DNA of 64,000 nt, taken from contig JAKLKB010000008.1 of the NCBI GenBank assembly GCA_023150835.1, positions 1 through 64,000 of the forward strand, read 5' to 3'. The DNA is from Myxococcota bacterium. GTDB lineage: Bacteria; Myxococcota_C; UBA6777. Made by a program: the position numbers and the translations under genes. Below are positions 9,132-18,800 of the stretch, piece after piece. The first letter of the stretch is position 1. Each line of letters begins with the position of its first letter. The notes beneath the pieces are model-generated. The model made no database searches and had not been told where the DNA came from. It worked only from the letters and a program-made list of their open reading frames with translations.

Positions 9132-10865
9132 ATGTCTGCACAACAAACTCTCCATGCCAATGCTCTCGGTCGCTCCGCGCTGCGCGACTGGCTCGATCAA
9201 GCTCCAAACAACTTCTTTCAACAAGATCCCTTTCTGTCGGGCCTTTTGGAGACTTTTTGGGGAGCGCAGCGCCTAAGCGAACACTTGCCGCGCTTGGAGT
9301 CGGCAGGTCGGGCGTTTGCATCGATCGATGCCGCTGTTCAATCCGCCGATGACCGAGTCCACCTTCCCCGCCTTGAGCGGTATTCGAGTGTGGGCGAGCG
9401 CATCGAAGAAGTGATCTTTCACCCTGCCTACCGCGATATCGGTCGTGCGATCTACGGCTCGGGCATGATGTCTGTGTACAAAGAACCCGGCCAAAACTTG
9501 TTGGCGCTGACGTTGTTTTATTTGTCTGCACAAAACGGAGAGGCCGGTCACAACTGCCCTGTCGCATGCACCGCAGGACTCATCAAGAGCCTGCAATCGG
9601 TCGCGGACCCGACCTTGGCAGCGCGTTATCTGCCGCGTCTGCTCGAACCGGATTACGATCGCTGCTTTACGGGGGCGCAGTTTCTCACCGAGATCCAAGG
9701 CGGCTCCGATGTGGGGGCAAATGCGACGCACGCTGTCCCTCACGAAACCCTTGCAGGAGCGTGGTGGATCAACGGCGAAAAGTGGTTTTGTTCTAACGTC
9801 AACGCGGACTTGATCTTGCTCACCGCACGCGTCCCCGACCAAGGAGACGGGACCAAAGGACTCGGACTGTTTTTACTGCCCCGCAAGCTCGAAGATGGCC
9901 GACCCAACGGGATCTTCATTCGACGGCTAAAAGAAAAACTTGGAACGCGAGCGATGGCCTCGGCGGAGTGCGACTTTCAACAAGCTCTTGCTTATGCGGT
10001 AGGGCCTGTCCAACAAGGTTTCCACAACGTCATGCGCCACGTGATCAACACTTCTCGGCTCTACAATGCGATCGGTGTCACCGGAAATGCCCGTCGTGCC
10101 TTCTCGATCGCGTGGGGATACGCGCAACATCGCACCGCCTTCGGCCAACCGATCCAACAATTCCCGCTCGTCCACGATCTGCTTGCTTGCATGAAATCCG
10201 ATATCTGGGCGATGCTTGCGGGATCTGCGCACCTTATTCAACTGCAAGACAAGGCCGAAACCTCGACCCTTCATTCCGATGAATCCGCTTTGCTTCGCAT
10301 GGGACTCAATCTCAATAAATTCCGCACCGCCGTGATCGCCCACGAAGTGATCCTTCAAGCCATCGAGATCCTCGGTGGCAACGGAACCATCGAGTCTTTT
10401 TCTGCCTTACCCCGCCTGCTGCGTGACAACGTCGTCTACGAAAACTGGGAAGGCACTCACAACGTCCTAATCGCCCAAGTCCAACGCGATATCTTGCGCT
10501 TCCAACTGCATCGTCCGTTCTTTGCGTGGATACAACAACGCTGGGCTTCTCTCCCCCCCGAACATCCGCTCCATCCACAAGGCCGCATGATCACGCTGTC
10601 GCTCGAAGAACACCTCCAACAACTTCTCACAATGGAACCCCTTGAGGCGAGCCTGTTCTTTCGACCCGCTCTTGAACGGATCACCGACCTCTACTATGCT
10701 GCGGCTTTGTGCTTGCCGTGGATGGATGCCCATCAAAAGCAACAACCCACGCAAGCCTTCGATGATGCGCTGCAACTCTTCTTTGCGCGGCGTGTCCTGC
10801 GCCTTGACGCTTTTTCTATTCCACGCTACAGCGAGCGCGTCAAACGCTTTGCAGCGTCTCTTTGA
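9132..10865 (+). CDS. Acyl-CoA dehydrogenase family protein (AidB-like)
   Basis: AQFLTEIQGGSDV, GEKWFCS, RLKEKLGTRA, RTAFGQPI, LGGNG, WEGTHNV. Confidence 0.9.
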   Translation: MSAQQTLHANALGRSALRDWLDQAPNNFFQQDPFLSGLLETFWGAQRLSEHLPRLESAGRAFASIDAAVQSADDRVHLPRLERYSSVGERIEEVIFHPAYRDIGRAIYGSGMMSVYKEPGQNLLALTLFYLSAQNGEAGHNCPVACTAGLIKSLQSVADPTLAARYLPRLLEPDYDRCFTGAQFLTEIQGGSDVGANATHAVPHETLAGAWWINGEKWFCSNVNADLILLTARVPDQGDGTKGLGLFLLPRKLEDGRPNGIFIRRLKEKLGTRAMASAECDFQQALAYAVGPVQQGFHNVMRHVINTSRLYNAIGVTGNARRAFSIAWGYAQHRTAFGQPIQQFPLVHDLLACMKSDIWAMLAGSAHLIQLQDKAETSTLHSDESALLRMGLNLNKFRTAVIAHEVILQAIEILGGNGTIESFSALPRLLRDNVVYENWEGTHNVLIAQVQRDILRFQLHRPFFAWIQQRWASLPPEHPLHPQGRMITLSLEEHLQQLLTMEPLEASLFFRPALERITDLYYAAALCLPWMDAHQKQQPTQAFDDALQLFFARRVLRLDAFSIPRYSERVKRFAASL

Positions 10866-10944
10866 ACGCGCATCGCGTTGCGTCCGTACTCAACTCCCGA
10901 ATCCTTCGGCCTTTTGGTTTTTTCGAACACCACAGGAAAACAAC

Positions 10945-11529
10945 ATGGCAGAATTGATCCTCACACTCAAAGGTCAGATCCTCAAACGCCATACGCTCTC
11001 CAAAGAGGAAACCACCATCGGCCGCGATGTGGTCAATGATTTTTGCATCGATAATCCCGGGGTCTCTCGCTTTCAAGCTCGGATCGTCAAACATGAAGGA
11101 CACTTCTTTTTGCTCGATGAAGGCAGCAGCAACGGGACTTTTGTCAATGGAAAGCGCGTCTCGCAGGTCCAACTCAGCGACGCAGACGAGATCCAACTCG
11201 CAAAATACAAAGCGATCTTCTCTCAACACACCTCAAGCGACGGCACCGACAACAGCGCTGCGATGCCCAACTTCCTCGCCTCGACCGAAAGCACCATGCT
11301 TTACAACGACAACGACCTCAAAAAAATGATTGATGACGAAAATGCAGGCCGCTCCGCAGCACGCGATCTGCCGATGGCTGGCTTCTCTCACGAACCTCAC
11401 GTCGCACAAGCCCCCTCCACCGCCCCCCGCAGATCCGCCCCCAAAAAAGGCAACCCCATGGCCCTCATGATCATCATCGCCATCGTCTGTTTTGGCCTTG
11501 GCTTCGCCTTGATCCTCTTGCTCAACTAA
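10945..11529 (+). CDS. FHA-domain protein with C-terminal membrane anchor
   Basis: TIGRD...VSRFQA...SSNGTFVNG FHA signature; hydrophobic C-terminal helix. Confidence 0.9.
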   Translation: MAELILTLKGQILKRHTLSKEETTIGRDVVNDFCIDNPGVSRFQARIVKHEGHFFLLDEGSSNGTFVNGKRVSQVQLSDADEIQLAKYKAIFSQHTSSDGTDNSAAMPNFLASTESTMLYNDNDLKKMIDDENAGRSAARDLPMAGFSHEPHVAQAPSTAPRRSAPKKGNPMALMIIIAIVCFGLGFALILLLN

Positions 11530-11532
11530 ATC

Positions 11533-11613
11533 TCCATCCAATCCCCATCCATCCAATCCCCATCCATCCAATCCCCATCCATCCAATCCCCATCCATCCA
11601 ATCCCCATCCATC
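11533..11613. repeat. 15-bp tandem repeat (TCCATCCAATCCCCA, 5.4 copies)
   Basis: Perfect copies filling the gap between two convergent genes. Confidence 0.95.
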
Positions 11614-11621
11614 TCTACCCG

Positions 11622-12917
11622 TCAAGTGGGGATCTTCATCCCGTCGGGGATGACGGCTTTTCGAGGCAAGATCACCAAACCGTCGCGGATATAATACAAA
11701 CCGTTTGGATCGTCGCGGTTGGGCAAACCCACGGCACCTTCGATGGTGACGTTTTTTCCGATGCGTACGTCCTTATCGATGATGCAGTTGCGCAAGATGC
11801 TACCTTCTCCAACGCCAAGCGCGGGTTTGCCTGCGGGGACGTTGGCCTTTTCTTCGTAGCGGGTTGCCCCAAAAAGGATCGCGTGATCCAACACCGCACC
11901 TTGTCGCACACAAAGCCGTTGTCCCAAGATCGAGCGCGTGATCTTGCACTTCGGCTCAAGCTGCACACCATCCGCCAGCAGCGAACGCTCCAAACGCGCT
12001 CCTTGGATCTTGGCGGGCGGAATCGAACGTACACGTGTAAAAAACGGCGAGTCTTCGGGGAAAAAGTCAAAACCCGGCACCAGATCGCACATCTCCAAGT
12101 TGGCCTGATAATACGAACGGATCGTCCCGATATCCCGCCAATACCCCTCGAAGGGATAGGCCAGCATACTGTATTGACCTAGAGCTTCCGGCAATATCTC
12201 TTTGCCAAAGTCGTTGTGCGGCTTGATGTTGAGCAGTTTTTCTAAGACCGAAAGCTCAAAGACATAAATCCCCATCGAAGCCAAAAAGGGCCGCTCGGGT
12301 GGGATCCGAACCGAACCAAAGGTGCCAGACACTCGCAAAGACTCGATCAATGCCGGATCCTTGGGCTTTTCAAAAAAACGTACGATGTTGAGTTGATCGT
12401 CGACTTGTAAGACACCAAACCCCGTTACATCCTCTTCGCCCACAGGCAACACCGAAACCGTGATGTCGGCCTTGCGGTCGATATGGAACTGCAGCATCTG
12501 CCGATAATCCATACGATACAAGTGATCTCCGCTCAAGATCAAAACTCGCTCGGCTTTTTCGCGCTGCGCGATCTGATAGATATACCAAAAGTTTTGCCGT
12601 ACAGCATCGGCGGTTCCTTGATACCAATACGGGTTGGTTGGTGTGAGTGTCGCAGCCAAGACCTCGACAACGCCCCGCAAAAAGTGAGGCATCGAATAGG
12701 TTCGTGAGATGTGTTGATTGAGTGAACCCGAATTAAACTGGGTCAGGATGAAGATGTGATACAGATCGGAGTTCAAACAATTTGAGATCGGGATATCGAT
12801 CAAGCGAAACTTCCCACCGATGGGTACGGCGGGCTTTGAACGCTCGCCTGTGAGGGGAAAAAGTCGGGTTCCAGCACCACCACCCAAGATCACCGCGACC
12901 GAACGCTGCGAGGACAT
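11622..12917 (-). CDS. glgC: Glucose-1-phosphate adenylyltransferase
   Basis: ILGGGAGTRLFPLT, KPAVPIGGKFRLIDIP, WYQGTADAV, ILSGDHLYRMDY, FFEKP, DFGKEI, YWRDIGT. Confidence 0.97.
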   Translation of the reverse strand: MSSQRSVAVILGGGAGTRLFPLTGERSKPAVPIGGKFRLIDIPISNCLNSDLYHIFILTQFNSGSLNQHISRTYSMPHFLRGVVEVLAATLTPTNPYWYQGTADAVRQNFWYIYQIAQREKAERVLILSGDHLYRMDYRQMLQFHIDRKADITVSVLPVGEEDVTGFGVLQVDDQLNIVRFFEKPKDPALIESLRVSGTFGSVRIPPERPFLASMGIYVFELSVLEKLLNIKPHNDFGKEILPEALGQYSMLAYPFEGYWRDIGTIRSYYQANLEMCDLVPGFDFFPEDSPFFTRVRSIPPAKIQGARLERSLLADGVQLEPKCKITRSILGQRLCVRQGAVLDHAILFGATRYEEKANVPAGKPALGVGEGSILRNCIIDKDVRIGKNVTIEGAVGLPNRDDPNGLYYIRDGLVILPRKAVIPDGMKIPT

Positions 12918-13279
12918 GCTTCCTCCTCCAAATAACAAGGCCAAACCAATCCGACAAAGGCAACCCGCGCCAAAAACAAACGCGCAGGATCATAGCTTGT
13001 GGCGCATCCTGTGGCAAGCCACAACCCACCCGCGTTCGCTTTTCTCCCCGTCACACATTCTCCCGCAGATGCTGTTGCAAGATGTGTTGGATGGTGTTAA
13101 GGTGCCAAAGCACCCCTCAAAGCATGGTGGATGGCGCGATGTTGGGTGTGGGTTCCATCCTTGACGATCCAGAAATTCACAACCCAAACCAAACGCACGT
13201 CGCACGATCCCGCGCCCTGTGCTTGTTTTCCACCGATACAGACGGAGCGGTTCACTTCATTTTTTGGAGATTTTTCTCG

Positions 13280-14617
13280 ATGAGCGAATCAAACAAGCCC
13301 AATGAGCTAATCGACTTCAGCACGTATGATGGTTCCTACCAAGAAGGTGAGCTTCTCGGCGAAGATGGCCAAGCCATCGACCTTGACGAACTCAAAAAGG
13401 CCGAACAACCTCCACGCACTCCGCTGCTGATCCAAGGGGCTTTTGTGATCTTTTTTGTCGCGCTTGGTGGCTTGATGTATTGGGCCTTCCAAAAAACGCC
13501 ACCCTCCGAAAAGCCCAAACCACCGCCTGTTGTGGACAAATTTTATGACGTGGTGCTTTCTCGCCTCGTTGATTCGCGCTCCGAATTCCAATCCGTTCGC
13601 GATTGTTGGTCGGTGGTTGCACGCGCAAAAGCTGGACGCCAAAAGCTCGATGCTGCCGGCCTCCAAAAAGCATGCCCACCCTTCAAAGGGGCCAAAGTCG
13701 CTTACCAAGGTGCCTGCAAAGACGACACTTGCGCCAATACCAAACTCCAAAAATGCGAAGGTACCGCTTGTCAAGATATCGAAGGCGTCAGTTACGCAGA
13801 CTTCCTCTACGCTTTGATGCAACGCTATGCCGAAGGCTACAACCTCTTCTACGCTTACCAAAAATTGTATGACCCGCTCAACGAAAAGATCAAAGATCTC
13901 CAGTCCAGCGCCCCCGAAGGAAAACAAGAACCCGCCGCCTTAACCGAACTCAAAAACCAAGACAAAGCCAAGCGCAAAGAACTCCAAGCCTTCCTTGATG
14001 GCACCGGCTTCGACAAAAGCAGCCTCACCACCCCCTATTTCTCTCTCCCTCCCGATATCCTCTACACCCAAGTCCTCTCACAGATCAAAGAAAACAGCCC
14101 CACCGCAGAAACCCCCAAAGAAGAAGACGACGAAGACTCCAAACCCAAACGCCGTACCTCTCAACCCAACCAAGACACAAGCACTTCCGGCGGTACCCTC
14201 TATCTTTTGCGCAATTGGCCCAAGCTGATCGCCCAAAATGCCGGCTACAAAACACTCACACAATACTTCCGACTCGAAGATTACGCCGACTCCATCGGAA
14301 ACCTTGTCTACTCTTCCACCGCCTATCGCTTTTGGACCCATGACGCCGTTGAACGCGAACTTCAACAATGCACCGCTACTTCGGCCAAAGCTTCCGACAA
14401 AGAATTTACCGTCCGTCTTACCCTCCTCCACAAAACAGGCTACCCCAAACCCGAAACCTCCATCCAAATCGAACCCGCCCCAACCCCCGAACTCAACTCC
14501 TGCTACCAAGAAACCCTCCGCAAACGCCTCGTCTATCGTGGACTTCCACAAAAGGATGCCGACGGCAAAGAGATCGCTGAAACCAACCTCTCCTTCAAAC
14601 TCCGCGTCCTCAACTAA
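13280..14617 (+). CDS. Bitopic membrane protein with a Cys-containing extracytoplasmic region; C-terminus loosely AgmX/PglI (TonB-C)-like
   Basis: Acidic N-terminus, one TM helix, Cys cluster, C-terminal ELQQC...FTVRLTL...ELNSCY pattern. The domain call is tentative. Confidence 0.65.
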   Translation: MSESNKPNELIDFSTYDGSYQEGELLGEDGQAIDLDELKKAEQPPRTPLLIQGAFVIFFVALGGLMYWAFQKTPPSEKPKPPPVVDKFYDVVLSRLVDSRSEFQSVRDCWSVVARAKAGRQKLDAAGLQKACPPFKGAKVAYQGACKDDTCANTKLQKCEGTACQDIEGVSYADFLYALMQRYAEGYNLFYAYQKLYDPLNEKIKDLQSSAPEGKQEPAALTELKNQDKAKRKELQAFLDGTGFDKSSLTTPYFSLPPDILYTQVLSQIKENSPTAETPKEEDDEDSKPKRRTSQPNQDTSTSGGTLYLLRNWPKLIAQNAGYKTLTQYFRLEDYADSIGNLVYSSTAYRFWTHDAVERELQQCTATSAKASDKEFTVRLTLLHKTGYPKPETSIQIEPAPTPELNSCYQETLRKRLVYRGLPQKDADGKEIAETNLSFKLRVLN

Positions 14618-14900
14618 ATTCCAATTCACCACCATCGAAACCCTCCCGCAACGAAATCCAACCCACCACCACCGAAACCCCCTCGATCCTGCCCGCTCGC
14701 GGTGTGCGTTGCTTTCCGTCCGGGGGTGCCTTATTTTGGCGATCGCGCCGGTTCGATTCGGTGTTGTTCTCTGCCCATCGCAGATATCCCCGCAATCACG
14801 ACGTCGATCGTCACCCACGCCGTCCCGCACCCCTCATCTCTTCGGTATCCCGCACCAAGGCGTGTAATGGCTCTCTTTAAGAATTATTCTAGGAGGTTTG

Positions 14901-15515
14901 ATGAAAGGGACTTTGTTAACACAACGCCATCTCGAAACCCTTGACATCATGAAAGATGTCTTACAAGAAAACTATCTCCACGTTCGCCTTGAAAACTTTC
15001 GTGTCGAAGAGCGTGGACCCCAAGAAAATAGCCAGATCCTCTCGCAGATCCGACGCTCTGATCGCAACGACTTGATCACGCTTGAAGGCGAAGGTTCAGG
15101 CGCTTTACACGGGTTTTTTGTCGCCTTGCGCGATCATCTCAGCGAAGAATTCCCCTCTGTTCGTGCGATCCACTTCACCTCCATCCGCGCTGAGAGCGTC
15201 CCCAACTCCAATCGCAATCACCCCACAGACGCAGAAGCCGAAGTCTTCTTAACCATCCGAAATAGTTATGGCGATGAACTCGAATTCCGTAACCGATCGC
15301 GTAGTCTGATGCGCGCTACGCTTGACTGCATCGTGGATGCGGTTGAATACTTCGTCAACAGCGAAAAAGCGTACGTTCAGATCTATCGTGCGCTCAACCA
15401 TTACCGCGAACAAGGCCGCTCTGATCTGGTCGACAAATACACTTCGCTGCTGAGCGTTGTTGTCCGCAGCACCTCTTACACCGAAGTGATCGAACAACTG
15501 AAAAAGGCAAAATAA
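14901..15515 (+). CDS. Hypothetical protein resembling a stand-alone LeuA allosteric domain
   Basis: AGGAGG RBS; LEGEGSGALHGFFVAL and TDAEAEVFLTI resemble LeuA C-terminal motifs. Confidence 0.6.
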   Translation: MKGTLLTQRHLETLDIMKDVLQENYLHVRLENFRVEERGPQENSQILSQIRRSDRNDLITLEGEGSGALHGFFVALRDHLSEEFPSVRAIHFTSIRAESVPNSNRNHPTDAEAEVFLTIRNSYGDELEFRNRSRSLMRATLDCIVDAVEYFVNSEKAYVQIYRALNHYREQGRSDLVDKYTSLLSVVVRSTSYTEVIEQLKKAK

Positions 15516-15611
15516 ATCACCTTGCTCTTTTCGCCCGAACGACGAGGATCTTCGCCGTCCTCCAACTTCTCCACCGGTCCGATCTCTCAACGCTCCGATT
15601 CACACACGAGG

Positions 15612-16478
15612 ATGTTAGGCTTGACTGATCTGTCTTTCCAAGAAACCTTCTTCTCTGCGCACGATCAACTTCGCCTCTATACGCGCACATGGGGCGAACC
15701 CCACAAAGGCATCGTTCTTTTTCTACACGGCCTCGGAGATCACCAAGGCACCGCACGTTACCTCGTTCATGCTCTCGCACAACGCGGCTATTCCGTCACA
15801 GGCTACGATGCGCGGGGGCATGGTCAAAGCCCGGGAAAACGCGGCCACGTCATGCAATTCGACGAATACTGCGAAGACCTCCGCTTGTTCGTTCAAGATG
15901 TCCGAAAACGATTCCCCTCCGATCTCCCTCTCGCTGTCGTCGGATACGACCTCGGCGCTCTTGTTGCGTTGCGTACGCTCCAACAGCATGGCTCTCTTGG
16001 ACTCCAGACCTTTGTCGGCCTCAGTCCGCTGCTTCATCCTTCGCTGTCTCACCACCTGCTCCAAACCACGCTGTTTCGCCTCGGAGGTCGCTTCTCTCCA
16101 ACATGGCGGATCGTCTGGCCTCATGACGAACACGCTCTCTCCCACGATCTCGATATCGTCGAAGCCCTTCGCCGCGACCCTCTTTGCTTTCGCGAGATCA
16201 CCACACGCGGACTGCGTTCGATCCAAGACGCCGCTGCTCAAACCCTCCTCCAAGCCCACCGCCTCGCTCTACCCTCGTTCGTCCTCCAATCCGGCGAAGA
16301 TCGCGTTACTTCCGCTCTCACCCTTCAACGCTTTGCCGAACGTACTCCGCCCCGCGTCCTTCGTGTCACCGTCTACCCCGGCTATTTTCATGCGCTCCAC
16401 AACGAAACCCCCGATCGTCGCGGTCCTGTCTTTGAAGATATCATCCATTGGCTTGATGAATCGCTGTTGGCCTCATAA
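15612..16478 (+). CDS. Alpha/beta hydrolase, lysophospholipase/monoglyceride lipase (PldB) family
   Basis: FLHGLGDH, YDARGHGQSPGKRGH, GEDRV, FHALHNE; the nucleophile elbow reads GYDLG. Confidence 0.88.
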   Translation: MLGLTDLSFQETFFSAHDQLRLYTRTWGEPHKGIVLFLHGLGDHQGTARYLVHALAQRGYSVTGYDARGHGQSPGKRGHVMQFDEYCEDLRLFVQDVRKRFPSDLPLAVVGYDLGALVALRTLQQHGSLGLQTFVGLSPLLHPSLSHHLLQTTLFRLGGRFSPTWRIVWPHDEHALSHDLDIVEALRRDPLCFREITTRGLRSIQDAAAQTLLQAHRLALPSFVLQSGEDRVTSALTLQRFAERTPPRVLRVTVYPGYFHALHNETPDRRGPVFEDIIHWLDESLLAS

Positions 16479-16556
16479 ATCCCGCTGCAACAGGTCTCTG
16501 CGCGGGAATCCCGTCCCTACAAGGGTTTTCTCTTTCTCACGCATGGAGGCGTTGCC

Positions 16557-18230
16557 ATGTCTTTTCTTCGTGTGTTGTGTGTTCTCTCTTCGTGTGTTGT
16601 TTTCCTTGCGCGCTTTTCCGCCTCTGCCGAGAAAAGAGCAGATCCCAAACAAGGCACGCGGCCTTTTTCGAGCCATACTGCGCGCCCTTTTGTGGCAGAC
16701 AAACGCCAGCCCGAGATCATCCGCAACGTAACGATCTCGATCCCCGCTGTTCGGGAACTTCAAGCGTGGCTCCATGCGTGGAGTCCCACCCAACGCGTGG
16801 CCGAGGGGATCCATGCGATGAGCGAGATGATCCGTACCTACGTCGCTTTTCGCTACGCTCGACGCTATGAACCCGCCGCAAGCGAACGGTTGTGGGAGAT
16901 CTACCTTGGCTTCGGTGCGTGGAACCCAAAGGAACTTTATCAAAAGCTCCGTGAACGCGAGATCAACCCGCATCTTGCGATGCGTTTGCGCGACGAACAC
17001 ATCTACATCACAGCCCCCAAAGACACTTGGAAGCCCGGCCTTGGACAGGGCGGGATGACCATCGATGTCCAGCCGCTTCCCATGATTCGGGGAAATTCGC
17101 AACGCCCCTTTCGCGTCGTCGCCACAGGTGCTTTGGGCGTCCCTCCCGTTCGGATCGCCCACGTCGATAAGCTACTCCACGAATTTATGCAGCGGGCGCT
17201 TTCGCCTCAGCTGGTCGTCGAACCCGATGCCAAAGGCCCGCATTATTTCCCTTCCATCCAAGAAGCCCAGTCCCGCAAGATCGCCGATTGGCTCACCTCT
17301 CGACTCCCCCGAACTACCGTCTTGATGGATCGCTACTTCGATATCCGCAGCATCGTCTCGCCCCTTTCCGATGGCCGCTTTAAACTCGACCTCCGCTTGT
17401 ATTGGCGCAATGAACACATCAAAACCGATTATCCCGACTGGTACAAAGCCCAAAAGAAAAATCAAGTGCGCGTCTTTTTCCAAACGGAGTTTCTGGATGC
17501 TTCCTATCGACGGTGGTTTGTGTTGACCTATAGCAATAAGAAAAATTACTATCGCATCGAAGCCGTCGTCCATCCCGACGGCTTTTTGGTCTGCGACGAC
17601 ACATGGAAGCCTGCGCTCGATGCCGAACCTTGGCGGCCCACCCACAAGCTCACCAGCGATTTTTTTACCCGCACACAGCTTTTCTTCTCTTCCAACAATA
17701 TCAACTTTGGCGTCAGCGATATCCTCTTGGCGTGGCAGGTCCGCCCTCACAAAGACGGCGCATCGATGGGCTTTTCCTTTACGCGACCTCCGCGCTTGCA
17801 GATCCAAGGGGGCAATTTCTTACGCTCGCTTGCGCGGGTGGTGATCCCGGGCGGGGTCAGTGCTTTGTTCCAACGCTTGCTCTCTGATATGACCAAAGGC
17901 GATGGCGGACAGGGGATGCGTTTTCAACTACGCCTTGTTGAGACGCCGTCTTATGGCGATGTTCGCTATGATCTACGCTTCCCGATCGTACCAAACGCGA
18001 TCCTCAGCGCGGTATTGCGCATGATCCCCGGTATGCTCACTCGAATGCCACCCCGCCGTCGCACCGCCCCTCCAAAGATCGCCCGTCAAACGCCTCCTCG
18101 ATCCAACCCCGTTCGCCCACGTTATCGCCTCCGCCGCGTCCTGCCCGCTTTTTGGCAGCGCGTCCTCTCCGCCATCTCCTACGACCTCCAAGACGCCCAC
18201 CAAAAAGCCACCCAAACCACACCCCGATAG
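16557..18230 (+). CDS. Exported hypothetical protein
   Basis: GGAGG RBS, N-terminal hydrophobic signal ending ASA, 557 aa. Confidence 0.75.
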   Translation: MSFLRVLCVLSSCVVFLARFSASAEKRADPKQGTRPFSSHTARPFVADKRQPEIIRNVTISIPAVRELQAWLHAWSPTQRVAEGIHAMSEMIRTYVAFRYARRYEPAASERLWEIYLGFGAWNPKELYQKLREREINPHLAMRLRDEHIYITAPKDTWKPGLGQGGMTIDVQPLPMIRGNSQRPFRVVATGALGVPPVRIAHVDKLLHEFMQRALSPQLVVEPDAKGPHYFPSIQEAQSRKIADWLTSRLPRTTVLMDRYFDIRSIVSPLSDGRFKLDLRLYWRNEHIKTDYPDWYKAQKKNQVRVFFQTEFLDASYRRWFVLTYSNKKNYYRIEAVVHPDGFLVCDDTWKPALDAEPWRPTHKLTSDFFTRTQLFFSSNNINFGVSDILLAWQVRPHKDGASMGFSFTRPPRLQIQGGNFLRSLARVVIPGGVSALFQRLLSDMTKGDGGQGMRFQLRLVETPSYGDVRYDLRFPIVPNAILSAVLRMIPGMLTRMPPRRRTAPPKIARQTPPRSNPVRPRYRLRRVLPAFWQRVLSAISYDLQDAHQKATQTTPR

Positions 18231-18253
18231 GACTGACTTTAGCGATGGTCTGA

Positions 18254-18557
18254 GTGGGGTGTCACCCCATACGCGCCTTGTGTAGGAATGATGATCGCGA
18301 ACGAATGGCATGAGTTGGTCCAAGTGTTCGCGAACCGCCCGTGTATCGGGACATCGAGCAGCGAACGGAGATGCTCACACAACAACAGATGTTTGTATGA
18401 GCAGTGGTTCGAGCAAGGAACATCCGCTTTTTTGCGTTTTGTTTGCCTTTTTACGTACAAACGTGTTGTCTTTCCGACAGCACAGACGAAGTGTTCGAGT
18501 GTTCGGGGTGGGGGGCCAAACATCGCTTAACAAGGCGCGTGTGGGGCAACGCCCCAC
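18254..18557. repeat. MITE-like element bounded by ~27-bp imperfect inverted repeats (family C hairpins)
   Basis: TGGGGTGTCACCCCATACGCGCCTTG at 18255 versus CAAGGCGCGTGTGGGGCAACGCCCCA at 18531. Confidence 0.65.
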
Positions 18558-18696
18558 CAAATCCATTCCATCGCGTCCGTTCTATTCGGATGCCGAACCC
18601 GCGATCTGTGTAGACGATCACCGCCTCAATAATTCCTATTGTCGCGCTGCTCACCAAACCGTCGGCGCGCTTTCTTCGTCCGTCCGTTGTCTTGCG

Positions 18697-18725
18697 TTGA
18701 CAGGGTGCTGCGTGGGTGATACCTT
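18697..18725 (+). promoter_or_regulatory. Putative sigma70 promoter of cysS
   Basis: TTGACA-N17-TACCTT with an extended -10 TGn, about 75 bp upstream of the ATG. Confidence 0.55.
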
Positions 18726-18800
18726 CGCGACCTTCTTTTGTCGTGCGCGCCGCCGTTGAGCGCCCTCCATCTTACTTTCTTGACACGGAGATCTGACGCG

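Noticed and set aside
14745-14770. GGTTCGATTC as a tRNA T-loop
   Set aside because: The flanks do not form a T-stem, acceptor stem or cloverleaf.
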